This document shows, piece after piece, positions 18,601 through 23,397 of a stretch of 64,000 nucleotides of DNA. Numbering within the stretch: position 1 is the stretch's first letter; each line of letters starts with the position of its first letter. This stretch comes from an uncultured virus (IMG/VR IMGVR_UViG_3300017732_000001) (lineage: Duplodnaviria > Heunggongvirae > Uroviricota > Caudoviricetes). The translations under genes were made by a program, and so were the position numbers. The stretch lies in IMG/VR virus record IMGVR_UViG_3300017732_000001, one strand, 5' to 3'. The notes beneath the pieces are model-generated. The model worked only from the letters and a program-made list of their open reading frames with translations. It had not been told where the DNA came from and did not search any database.

Positions 18601-21431
18601 CTCCCGAACCTGGAACTTACAACTTCGAACCTCTCTACAAAGATAGAGAGATGCGTCCTACGATGACTGCTGTACATAAGATTCAGCAGTTGTGGCATTT
18701 GGTATATACTGCTCTTGCAGAATCGAAGTTGCCAACTGTTTACCTCAAACAAACAATTGACGTTGGTGTTGTTGTAAACTCTGACGGTTCTATCTCTAAA
18801 AACAATCATCCATTCGAAGCATATGACCGAGTTAATTACACTGTCTTGGGTACAAATATTGTGGAACTTGACAGGGAGTCGTACTACATCCACCCAGACA
18901 CTACTTCTTCCAAAATCTACTTGGCAGAATACATTGATGGAGACAAACTTACATCTCTAACACCTGGACTTCCAGGAGAAATTCATACACTTGCAATCGC
19001 GAGAGAGACTGGTATCAATAGGATTCCAACCACATATGGCGATCGTATTATTCCTACACCTACATCTGGTGGTATTGAACCTGCTGATATATTCTACGGA
19101 ACATCATCAGGTGCATATGCTGAAGTTATCAGAATTCAAGATAACCTCGCTGCTGTTAACTACAAGGTTAAGTACCTTCCTATCACCGTTACAAGTAGTG
19201 GAACTCCATTCACTAACGGAGAGATGATTGTTAAGACTGGTGCTTCAGCAAACACTGGTAAAATTATCGCAACTGACAACTCAACTTACATCAAGGTAGA
19301 GATGACAGGTGGTGATTTCATCGCTTCTGACAATATCGAAGGAATCACAACAGGTGCAACTGCAACTGTGAATGCAGGAATTCACGATAGAGCACTGGTC
19401 AACTTCAAGCAAGGTGAGTTTATTGCTACTGACATCCTTTATTCTAAGGAAGATACAGGTAAAGCAAACGCCCTTATCGTTAGAAACAATGATGGTTCTC
19501 TAGTCGATAACCAATCAGGTAGAATTACCTACGACATTGAAACTGTTGTTGGAGAATTTGCTCCTAACGATGTTATCTACGGTTCTGTTACCGATCAGAT
19601 TATCGAAGTTGAAGCATTCACACTCCTTCCTGGATTTGGTGAATACATCCACTCCACTGAAATTACTTCCTTCGTGTACGCAGGATTGATTACTGACACT
19701 GGTGTTACTGATACATTCCAAGTTGGTGATGTTCTACAACTCCAAAACTCAGGTCAGTCTGTTGGTCACACATTCGTTGTTACTGAACACGACCTTGATA
19801 ACAATACAATCTTCCTAGCAAATGAGACTGGACGTTTCGTAAGTATCGGTGATAACCTTTCATCTATCGCAAACGACTCAGCATATCAACTTGCTAAGAT
19901 TCCACCTGGATCTAACTTCCCATCTGTTTATACATCTGGTATTACACAGGTCAATATCACCACAACATCTGCCTACGGTAAGATTGAGAAGATCCAACAA
20001 ATCGGTCTTCGCTTGATTATTCACCTTGGTGATACTTCTGGTACATTCCTCAAGAATGCTCAGATCATTGGTGATGCAGGATTCAGAGCAGCGTGTTCAG
20101 TCGCTAAGACCCTACGCGGGCGTGTGAAGAGATTCTTCAGAGGATTTGATGGTGTTCAGCAGAACTTCAAGTTAACACAAGAAAACGGTACTGCATACTT
20201 CCCAGATCCAGCAGGTCATATGATGATCTTCGTGAATGGTATCCTCCAACCTCCTGGTGGTAACAACGCTTACACAGCATTCTCTGACAACATCCAATTC
20301 ACTGAAGCACCTGCTGTTGGATCTACATTCCACGGTGTGTACGTCGGTAAGTTGAGACAGTTGGATGACATCTCATTCGACTTTGACTCCTTGAGGAACT
20401 CCTTCAACTTGAAACTTGGTGGTGTGTTCTACTCACTTACACTAACTGATGGTGTACAGTCCAACACTATCCTCCCTGAAAACAATATCATCTGTCAGTT
20501 GAACGGTGTTATTCAGGAACCTGGAATTGGTTTCGAGATCGTTGGTTCTAGAATCATCTTCTCTGAAGTTCCTCGTGCAGGTTCAACCTTCGTCGCCTTC
20601 TCTTACATTGGTTCTGACGTTGACGTTATCGCGGCAACCGTTGTTCCTCCAATCGAATCAGGTGACATCCTACAGATCGAAGGTGAGGACGAGACTAGAG
20701 AGGTTGCTCTAATTGAATCTTCTAACTCACTAATCACATTCGAATATTCGGGTGCTGTTAAGGGACGTAATGGAGACGCTCTTGCAATCATCGAGAAAGG
20801 ACGTGTTACAGAAGCAATCCTTACAAACTCTGGTGATGGTTACGATTCACGTCCTAACGTGGATGTGATTTCATCCTCAGGTTTTGGTGCACGCATCAAG
20901 GCACTTGTTGGTCTTGCACGTGTTGACGTGAAGAACGCAGGTCAAGGTTATGCACAACCAACAATCAATGTGAACACCACTGTTCCTGATAACTTCTTCG
21001 CACCTTCAGGTGTTGGAGTCAACGGTGGTATCGACATCTATGATCCAAACTACGTTCCTCCAGGTCAAGATCAGGCACAGGGTGAGCAAGCAATCGTCAT
21101 TGAATCACAACCAGTTAACACAACCGTTAACCAAGGTCAGGTGGCATCCTTCACCGTGATCGCGTCTACTAACCCTGCTGGTGGATCAATAACCTATCAG
21201 TGGCAGAAGAAGAACTACGGTGAGAGTGACTGGAATAACGTCAATGGTGCTACATCTCCTACATTCACTTCTCCTGCTACTACACAGGCAGATGGTGGAG
21301 ATGAATTCAGATGTGGACTCACCGCTGCTGGAGCAACACCAACACTTTCTAACGCTGCAATTCTTACAATTAACATAGGAGCAACTACTGTTGACAACTT
21401 CACACCAGACCAAATCTTCGACGATAACTAA
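651..21431 (+). CDS. gp7: Giant baseplate wedge initiator gp7-like multidomain virion protein (6926 aa)
   Basis: Lies between gp6 and gp8. Core gp7-like motifs: SQIPAFIKEDHDQFVNLLTEYYKSQE, IIKTIGDFYASKGTKISTQYLFKILY, KIQDSYFYQNFSYVIKS...NHPVGFNLFG. Inserted modules: Gly-rich GxGYxxxPxV repeats, YHYH-like domain, beta-propeller-like region, two LamG-like domains, a CBM-like motif, helical Cys repeats and a C-terminal Ig-like domain. Confidence 0.88.
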   Translation: MVAHNTAIKVSQRLSSQIPAFIKEDHDQFVNLLTEYYKSQEKSGRPYDILNNILSYVDIGSGEFDPNFLSSESAVLEAVDATENKIIAENVNYFLEKDGTIKIDNEVLYYESVTHSPDIVFTPGVNKQEFDRKVQEFEPINTQFDSAKTEFNLRQLGKPVSPQSSNHLLVIVNNDFMFPDRDYFVEGDKIRFVNPPAPTTGVLTGAVNTIRYLIGYTSVPVRSLDTITVAVDATEFALKLNTQAYSPLSTVAAIVVVNRTEKRPFEEFTIFEDKIIFKQPVSQNATIDVRSVELIAPEFGSGASAVSQIVNASVNDILVRNGGSGYRVSFAPKITIQSNKGPGSGATAEALVNGIKNTQLLFAGQGYSSNNPPVVIVDAPSDAEGSRATITAIVSDEIEGVTELRVTSSGSGYDRIPSIKFVNPGGATCTNPTVENGSIVAGSISVVDNGSGYTTAPLVYMDPPTGDNAINATAQAILDADGRVTSINLISSGQGYEGNIRAKIIDPVGAQILDVSCTGGRVTNIELLTGGKGYTDAPSVYIVDNRKDSNNQPIGGTGATAVATIFNGEITDINITDFGTGYSDTEPPKVFIAAPPAPEASCDVGFGEITGFTIHSSGVGYEPSAFVNVKRGVSAVTSFDQAGHQIYSKESDLQQSSHAVGSTISNLDNLFAKELYRRFVNQYLPNAEIDYNKVNAPQIIKTIGDFYASKGTKISTQYLFKILYSENVDVSYPKDEIIKPSAATWNVDTVLRAELLEGSLENLLDSQLIQYVDPVDTGVKGASALIENVIAIDTGVGTVYELAISEETLQGSFTIPYRTLLVEELSTTESIITVDSTIGWPERNGTIRINDDEVVQYKEKTLNQFIECTRSKNGVVEDWDAGTIVYSDIFVYVNRGTETECKLRVLGIADAESTVLSDNGSYYLPGDKLNVASLGSTSNDQRVTSWLYNVKKLINIANIVPGGLNNQTATVTCSNNHGLLVGDTVTIYGANPTVFNGTFFVTSRISNTLFEYNIPAPAPNSPQGNILLSVDLNKGKSPEEGISVAIRDFTTNVQNTFFNDQYAYIASSGIPNYQVGPFLGSALLPGNQRKLIRIPRVINTISRRTDTSFGPIGAWVNGVSTWSYKSQTKIKFGGLTGITIDNPGTGYDAANPPVIEINGGGGSGASASVVVNGALSEISVSSGGTGYTSSPLVSIVGGGGFGATATAVITNGIVSKILVETPGQGYTSQPDVSISGGGGTGCTATAQVRGPIQSVSIDNTGSTYTASPTIKLNSGEGAVAQSIIINGRIVSIAIIAAGRGYTTAPEIVINGDGYGAIARATIGTVGEDRGKVIGVTVINRGIGYTTGNTTIRLGAVGELAAFTATVFEWTRNLQDELGANFDTARGYVFAGYNTQYGGEYAHLSDPKQLRYVLGDNVFKNQSTQQLQELSTGYQHSPILGWAFDGNPIYGPYGYIDATDQSSGVRRIRSSYRIKPVLLYDVDTNPTPIRADGPLLSNYIAGSFIDDYEYVFQEGDLDQYNGRFCKTPQFPEGVYAYFVAIDATDAGNPIFPYICGPQLYSSPDEWNFSQDAVQTNIPADVVRFRDPYEDVDIDIDRTPNQATDTLVTELGEDLIFEIEDTNRDGLINNLEDTTPIQITEEPVLQLFDYYPKVSTRSVVDIDIETTTKFEDAKVDGFVVENPGISYKVNDKLYFDNEGTDGFGASAKVEAVKGLDIAGFNSYISNDRPYGRITTATEHELRVDDQIIINSTPILDDTNKTFRVKVIDGVERVTVDQEGLGYSEDIPPTYEIITDSGQDFNIDINRDEGGAVRTVSIINSGSGYSETNPPQIRVSHPQRFKKATYFLAFLEEAGSTLTINDIKVADDRTFYVCGKTTVVGGDTAGVLAKFNSDGRLLWKRTLIPTVPATDDKSLQWKSLHIENSNPHNIYVVGETVPNISNLTHNPDIVVAKYQSGFDNANNPDGLIQWQRDIAGISGSTRRDYASNIRLDQDGRVMIAGHTDSNSTAPDDMWVALMDIDGSVMEKRKIASAAASEHLHQIEWRTNDTFLFCGISDPAGAANIIIGETYYDTATIEVQWSKQIESGAYQFADPTFAIDEYGSVYVTATAIDTNAKNYGVLYAKFDNADYTQVATAKIYVPTGTYTSIKNAGVTFDVFGNIDLSAVVERDFNAVQSISVKISWNTSSVLSAAEVSETNGIGYHATCVANDNSGDTLIAGNKVEADQLAIFNWNTADNIFDETYNDTLRTGTNKQWAATGNAVIDNTKFYNGASSLKLDASNSMLLQYGTTADISVEWTMEGWFALGNTQYAAQASNPEFFGIVSQLSQEVKVGVDGTSGSANFGKIFLDLNGSTSYSTGTTFWTTFNSEAWVHVAISKQRPGVGSYIYRIYINGVEAHSVNSATVDVNMMQATLGPISTPSSTNNWIGWIDNFVVTPSAKYIDAFTAGLVTGTNSVDKAFIYKIDKDKTKLGSFTLNDVETGHTINVAASSSYTFNTQSVAVNPWLIGPAGIQILDYSDVVSTHVPGVYTVTSTDQSYATRTATIPTQGGKKLLLTTKVIPKFYIRDAKYSTIDLVKTLTFNQNATFTKGSILQQYSVIGGNDVVSAYGTVVEVGTSSCKIGKIIGTFDTSKLLKSTVGDVNEMDKEFTVLTTTPVWEENQNYTVGDVVYSNGKIYTSGTTATAGAVAPVHTSGTVSDGNINWAFTSTAGSFQVDLANSVHGSGTLAAFASWKPFNSADYTIRIQQIYADSTFIKGDTIDADAVNLTFAVDATGKIATFGGLVGVKQFNLQAKLNKDVVPSQALTNTDLVYCSATSRHNYEVNDIIFTERFATNEYNGSFFVEEIFTSRDFTFRIRSTAVQDPTFSGTGSSVSNINIYAKHPKFLFVRGHQYLFDLDDPSNLGYFLSFSRDNQYKLEYPFINIIREGTPGFTDDDSPTPLVKFIINEDITNISYYFDPSRTSADNSPVGEGSFIDVIQSPYAGTFTISNVSSDGLEFDFPLLVEPEKSNAPVGNNEFGLPRSIYSTTSIKAIGPISTIKLVNPGGFYQKLPIVTDIASNREIEKVRITNGGTEYVNGVYYNVPISGDGEGASCNITVTDDGDFTGVITSVVLTSAGKGYTTASIDIDSISGILGPLLAGSGGILDVVIPSEGSGASVFLQGKSIGRIKKLKNNEFGFGYSHDYTLRPEITFPVNLQLFNTAILAEIKITNPGSGYTSTPAVVISGGGGSGAAAEAIVKNNRLSEVIIKDPGAGYSSEPSVTLKSEFNYVVNIDLGYLQFNFPHGITTGAEIQLRAEDLGSTVGILPKPSSAGLVSLSSTQTYYAIAGEANGLESDQLRISLTKLDAESGSYITFLTQGEGRQILLTEVFGGQATAIVETSRFLEGELVYQGSSLELASATGYVSTNQGWQIGPRILKLENYDGVWTPGERVTGEVSRASGLIDNLSIARGTLNIDSLTNTPGQFIDDVGKPSEIVQKIQDSYFYQNFSYVIKSETPINQWRKPVLETNHPVGFNLFGELSITGGKDISGRKVVSDLVKEVNINAFTNINQITSFANAQPIYTQFNNTEVLFRQKRLTNSEEILTSIVKKIDNISEDFDGIRTQFPLNVEGGSITATEDQMFVLLNGVAQAPGDSFSTAGPSIVFSEPPKAPSRIKFRNITFTQLLITRVQFSELGGIFPLVGNRVRGIISEATGIVVDSGTDYIDLLNIENGPSGGFQEGEFILNSATGFNSRIGDSGEGTGGIFPVSSKTIFEQGERVTNLSGKFAIIEENNLDEGNINTSLVVSRTSGTSKFETGEFEIKFNDIIYSARSNIAATVSAISPYQDEISNQIIDTVDLSPSSSFFALVFQRVPSITFPNVILDDIGETVINPTELYDPETTNNQDFLDFEAVRNQEIRYDSLTGNDFAPGTNIRLKKIYFGNSSIRTVHDTRANNAAEAIVKNNRFIAEEAVGRMLAFYPSFTIPTGSANCEDDIVDMLNLIAWQLEHDGNSEVWDAANFYVQNNTVYHVGGQEAQTVYAMNAARDLANQCINMVNITTEHTTLSQWKDLTITPEYEVVSNSHGDARTLLLANKWYIAYEALHYAKTQNPGYNVSGGDEHCLSDIVDVIEALAYNVAHGGNDFIWEATDRILHYGVTSGDRDTIVNSFTKAKAMSLDIMRNIAVTKVGSHGWNQVTISITADTASPTCQAVAAAITTLMDILITNLGTTASPGTRAAFQAAVTSTAPQADYSQGRTTIPNVNACVAQTSAVANFFKIVTDTLQDPTGANPATYQWSISNVPRIAPAYTFTEGETIRSIKHSYKDKSSGGFFNFGQTLKGISSGAVAEIIGTNAGSKWAYTKGVTGAFTTAEYITNSTITYNNVTVDKLNPGTGTGSLDFSGTSSRINHASNAAFAFGTGDYTIEMWIYPTTVSGTQRLIDFRTASSSSAGSIFLQGTSLKFGIATTDHITAAGAIPNANQWYHIAISRASNVTKLFVAGQQVGSDYTDASDYGNSPISVGASWNNGETFTGNMDNLIIRKGTASYSSGFIPPTVYDFRALDISFGFNGEAPFPIELSAVYATYEQTIISSANADGVELWREEIMTEEVDVSRDAYRDCGDIIYKNRYWIAEEAVGRMKAKYPAFNIPGDTGTSTQGTDKCIRDTHSFIIPAIIDDLKLGGNYHTIVAGRGYLEGSGALKHINGELLQSIYTWREVGKICNDIITKDATDLTGEYTNRIRVPNYFASPAASTITGFISDLIDNMLEVMSPTGHRFRDGADLLYFNRGVIADEAVSMMEQEWNVMVNFIQIDKIDIPSREKCVRDIRDHIVPAVAGDLITGGNSNIQGMIDSYLDSQSNINYIEHELLAMLDALEHVKFLANKALQNLLVGRNENIANIVGTTPNTIDDFYQLQYSDLTAYRKEYDATVNYDLTGSVITESTFYPPDPKIFQGSHRALDSANIIERNARTIAAEAVDIVTKTSAFKHYNFRVPGGKVHCEDDIVDFINSVAHDLRFSSNSEVYDAAALYLNTDMGLSHVTGQSQETIYAYKMARDMSVLAIRNKLGFTPFEDVSAGGGGGNAIGGGVPRGDYDSNATTNKDYDAGNEILNNMRFIASTAVGRGYAQYPNLTFGGYGYQSCIDDVIDILEAMAWNLKHGGNNKVWYATEFYITDANAIQHINSQATEVKYIFEQARDIAIEVMRQQLVNVNGYTEGYPQYDNGITIDSSSSTTGQLTPTNATYNAATGDLVLTKTGHGLVTGDAVQIATYALKFTCDFDSNQSEHTYPRPLDPSNGALLPVTSSNSSTFTVNVGTTSNVNYDVTNAIYNETTGDMFLDIGSNTLDVGRHVKLPDNAVTFTCTKDGNATNHSYPRATDYASGKSLTVLEIGDSEFTATNAAYVPATGVLTLTVPNHGFANGDNVQIVSNSLNFTCDMDNNYTVHSYPRVSDPAANKYLPIGNVATNTFTVNVGTTGTVNFTPSNVAYNPVTGLMILTLGNGHGLVTGSHLKIQPNSLTFTCEEDDNATNHSYPRTTTTTHTVTDAAYNGTSGIMTLTIPQHGFSNGDQIKIADNGVTFTCAQDGDGSNHAYPRSSDPASGSWLEISNVTANTFKVQVLLSDGIPSTNVTAHTFVSATSGGVTWKKDRAYDVPLEVTAATATTVTVNVLASGRTPSTNTTSHTFVSATPNAISAGGNYTHTFTSAIANGIKFKNGRIKVNVNPSPSSEQYPHTFVSAVSNAVQGGGNYNHTFVSSTTNSISWITGGGGATRCATQASAITTLMGITVDLFNSGTSNPQNYIDGISRTLPGEWPLTGERAAVRDLTITYDQAGSGACNVESSTISSLFDIVIGIVKDAAAGNGSYFTNQGISRNAPVLNNTLLFGGGVCYNVTSASNILFDLLEDTLGSAPEMYRQASRILSINDLYINREAYYKTVNQYSGYTGDQTFGDIIRKAYIYDLLTDSNAKTIELINTWFDAEGNFVAFPNIFRTYLIFHATATTDMITHILSGTAPEPGTYNFEPLYKDREMRPTMTAVHKIQQLWHLVYTALAESKLPTVYLKQTIDVGVVVNSDGSISKNNHPFEAYDRVNYTVLGTNIVELDRESYYIHPDTTSSKIYLAEYIDGDKLTSLTPGLPGEIHTLAIARETGINRIPTTYGDRIIPTPTSGGIEPADIFYGTSSGAYAEVIRIQDNLAAVNYKVKYLPITVTSSGTPFTNGEMIVKTGASANTGKIIATDNSTYIKVEMTGGDFIASDNIEGITTGATATVNAGIHDRALVNFKQGEFIATDILYSKEDTGKANALIVRNNDGSLVDNQSGRITYDIETVVGEFAPNDVIYGSVTDQIIEVEAFTLLPGFGEYIHSTEITSFVYAGLITDTGVTDTFQVGDVLQLQNSGQSVGHTFVVTEHDLDNNTIFLANETGRFVSIGDNLSSIANDSAYQLAKIPPGSNFPSVYTSGITQVNITTTSAYGKIEKIQQIGLRLIIHLGDTSGTFLKNAQIIGDAGFRAACSVAKTLRGRVKRFFRGFDGVQQNFKLTQENGTAYFPDPAGHMMIFVNGILQPPGGNNAYTAFSDNIQFTEAPAVGSTFHGVYVGKLRQLDDISFDFDSLRNSFNLKLGGVFYSLTLTDGVQSNTILPENNIICQLNGVIQEPGIGFEIVGSRIIFSEVPRAGSTFVAFSYIGSDVDVIAATVVPPIESGDILQIEGEDETREVALIESSNSLITFEYSGAVKGRNGDALAIIEKGRVTEAILTNSGDGYDSRPNVDVISSSGFGARIKALVGLARVDVKNAGQGYAQPTINVNTTVPDNFFAPSGVGVNGGIDIYDPNYVPPGQDQAQGEQAIVIESQPVNTTVNQGQVASFTVIASTNPAGGSITYQWQKKNYGESDWNNVNGATSPTFTSPATTQADGGDEFRCGLTAAGATPTLSNAAILTINIGATTVDNFTPDQIFDDN
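1545..2530 (+). repeat. Tandem Gly-rich 'GSGYxxxPxVxIxxxxGxGATAxA' repeats within gp7 (further blocks near 4050-4730, 9730-10430, 20790-20960)
   Basis: Translated repeats such as NGGSGYRVSFAPKITI, SSGSGYDRIPSIKF, DNGSGYTTAPLVYM, TGGKGYTDAPSVYI, DFGTGYSDTEPPKVFI. Confidence 0.85.
3985..5310 (+). other. YHYH-like domain in gp7, interrupted by Gly-rich repeats
   Basis: GAWVNGVS...HSPILGWAFDGNPIYGPYGY...GDLDQYNGRFCKTPQFPEGVYAYF, closely matching the YHYH domain of the 579-aa ORF at 21632. Confidence 0.75.
7390..7980 (+). other. LamG/concanavalin-A-like lectin domain in gp7 (second copy about 13760-14270)
   Basis: KFYNGASSLKLD...WTMEGWF...WVHVAIS...RIYINGV...GWIDNFVV; second copy FGTGDYTIEMWIYP...WYHIAISR...KLFVAG...GNMDNLIIRKG. 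Confidence 0.75.
12429..18725 (+). repeat. Six (plus one degenerate) alpha-helical C-x-x-D repeats resembling phycobiliprotein/globin-fold subunits, within gp7
   Basis: Consensus: Nxx[FWY]IAxEAV...(Y)P...Cx[RDS]D[IV]...[DN]Lxx[GD]GN. Cys codons at 12552, 12942, 14559, 15039, 15570 and 15993. Additional Cys-helices at 13203, 13371, 17880, 18072 and 18228. The repeats themselves are clear; the fold assignment is by eye. Confidence 0.65.
16275..17850 (+). repeat. Five nested beta-rich repeats (TxAxYxxxTG...HG...FTCxxDxNxxxHxYPR ... HTFVSA) within gp7
   Basis: Five opening segments (TPTNATYNAATGDLVL, DVTNAIYNETTGDMFL, TATNAAYVPATGVLTL, TPSNVAYNPVTGLMIL, TVTDAAYNGTSGIMTL) are followed by five closing HTF[VT]S[AS] segments. 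Confidence 0.85.
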
Positions 21432-21434
21432 ATA
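21427..21434 (+). promoter_or_regulatory. Candidate late promoter (ACTAAATA) overlapping the gp7 stop
   Basis: TAAATA core at the gp7/65-aa ORF junction. Confidence 0.5.
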
Positions 21435-21632
21435 ATGGAAGATGAAGGATTCTATTGCGAGTTAAAGATGGGAATAGACGCTCTTCGGATGCTCTACTCC
21501 CATTTAGATTACTCGATAAGAATGTGGCCAGGATCACCTGCTCGTCCCGCTGAGGAGCAATTGTTTCTGGATTCATTAAAGAAGCAAACTTTTGCGATGA
21601 TTTGTGAATATAACCTTTCTGAAATAGACTAA
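21435..21632 (+). CDS. Small hypothetical cyanophage protein (65 aa)
   Basis: ATG-initiated ORF filling the gap; its stop overlaps the next ATG (TAATG). The WPGxPARPxEEQ motif resembles small cyanophage ORFs. Confidence 0.7.
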   Translation: MEDEGFYCELKMGIDALRMLYSHLDYSIRMWPGSPARPAEEQLFLDSLKKQTFAMICEYNLSEID

Positions 21633-23371
21633 TGGCAGCAAACGGACAGTACAACGCAGTAACAGATGTTCTGACTATCACAGGTAATGGTCTTCCAACG
21701 CCTGTGCTTTCTGGTACTTTCCCGAATAGTGATAATTCTAATACAATTACATCATATACTTTCTCACATAATTTTACATATAGAGGTGGAGATGACACAG
21801 TTGCTTCAGGAACACTTCCTGTAGGGATCGTTGGTATCAGTGCTAACGGTGTTGCTATCTACAATGCCTCAGGTGGTCCAGATGGCACTCCACCACAGGG
21901 TTTTAACTGGGTTGGATCAGCAACAAACACTGCTGTTGACTTTGGTGAAGACAACTGTGGAGGTTATCCTGAAACCACAGGACAATATCATTATCGTGAT
22001 TCGCATTTCTTGAACTGCTGGAAAGCAAATCAGGTAATGTCAAACTATAATGATTACTACGGTTCTACTCAATATCAAAGTGACAATATGCGTCACCCTG
22101 ATGGTCACTCTAAGATCATCGGTTTTTGCTTTGACGGGTATCCTATTTACGGACCATATGGATATGATAACCCGACTGATAATACATCAGCGGTTAAAAT
22201 TATGGTCACAGGGTATAAGATGCGTGATCAGATTGCTGTCAATAGACCTGCATATGATTCAACATACCCTAAAGGTGCATTTATTCAAGACTATGAATAC
22301 AATGCTGATATAACTGGAAGAAATCTTGATGCATATAACGGGCGTTATTGTCATACTCCCGAGTTTCCGAATGGTACCTTTGCGTACTTTATGTCGATTC
22401 ACGACGATCTTTCGGATGATAAGACTTATGTTGTCACTGTTAGTGCAGAAAGTGATGGCAACAAATACAGACTTGATGGCGTTTTATATCCTGACATAAC
22501 CTTTACCAAAGGTTCTACCTATACATTTGATCAGTCAGATCCCTCAAACGCTTCACACAATATTCGTATCTCAGCAACCTTGAACGGACCTTGGAACCTA
22601 GGTACAGAATACAATTCAGGAGTAACATATTTTGGAACTCCTGGGCAGGCGGGTGCTAAAACTGTAATTACAGTACCCCAAGATGCACCTGCAAATCTAT
22701 ATTACTATTGCCTGAATCACTCAGGTATGGCGAACAATGCGATCGGTACTGTGATCGCAGATATGAGTTATGAACCTAAATTTCCATTCATCTTTGGTTT
22801 AGTATCAAAACAGCAGGTTAATGTTCCTGCAAACCAAGGTATCCAACAAGAGTCATCTAGTGGAGGAGGAGATTCAGGTGGTGGTGATGATACTGAACCA
22901 CCCAATATTATTATTAACAGTCAACCGACCAATGCAACTATTGCTAACGGTGGATCACAAACATTCACTGTTCTGGCAGAAGTCCAACCGCAAGCAGGAA
23001 TTATAAATTATCAGTGGCAGGTCTCTACTGATGGTGGGTTTGCTTGGTCTAATATTACTGGTGCTACTTCAAATACTTACACTTTGGTAGCACTATCTTA
23101 TATGACTGGTTATAGATATAGAGTAGTGCTAATAGGTCCTGTTGGTGAATCTCAACAGGCACTAAACTCACCTCTAGCATCTAATCTGAGTATCTTAACT
23201 GTCACTGGTGGAACCAGTGGTACAGATACATCAGGTGTTTTAAAATGGGATAGTAATATAGGACGATACGATATGACCGCCGTTCCTTTTGATAGGGATA
23301 ATAACAATCCCGACTTCACTACATCGAACGTTAGATTTGACTTGACTAATTTTGAGTTCGACCTCACATAA
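21632..23371 (+). CDS. Virion structural protein: YHYH domain + cupredoxin-like module + Ig-like domain (579 aa)
   Basis: GQYHYRD...DGHSKIIGFCFDGYPIYGPYGY (YHYH-type); SNASHNIRIS...LYYYCLNHSGM (H...CxxHxxM); QPTNATIANGGSQTFTV...YQWQVS (Ig-like). Confidence 0.8.
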   Translation: MAANGQYNAVTDVLTITGNGLPTPVLSGTFPNSDNSNTITSYTFSHNFTYRGGDDTVASGTLPVGIVGISANGVAIYNASGGPDGTPPQGFNWVGSATNTAVDFGEDNCGGYPETTGQYHYRDSHFLNCWKANQVMSNYNDYYGSTQYQSDNMRHPDGHSKIIGFCFDGYPIYGPYGYDNPTDNTSAVKIMVTGYKMRDQIAVNRPAYDSTYPKGAFIQDYEYNADITGRNLDAYNGRYCHTPEFPNGTFAYFMSIHDDLSDDKTYVVTVSAESDGNKYRLDGVLYPDITFTKGSTYTFDQSDPSNASHNIRISATLNGPWNLGTEYNSGVTYFGTPGQAGAKTVITVPQDAPANLYYYCLNHSGMANNAIGTVIADMSYEPKFPFIFGLVSKQQVNVPANQGIQQESSSGGGDSGGGDDTEPPNIIINSQPTNATIANGGSQTFTVLAEVQPQAGIINYQWQVSTDGGFAWSNITGATSNTYTLVALSYMTGYRYRVVLIGPVGESQQALNSPLASNLSILTVTGGTSGTDTSGVLKWDSNIGRYDMTAVPFDRDNNNPDFTTSNVRFDLTNFEFDLT

Positions 23372-23374
23372 ATA
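23367..23374 (+). promoter_or_regulatory. Late promoter CATAAATA
   Basis: NATAAATA match about 24 nt before the ATG at 23398. Confidence 0.7.
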
Positions 23375-23397
23375 AAACTGTAGAAAACCCCACCGCT

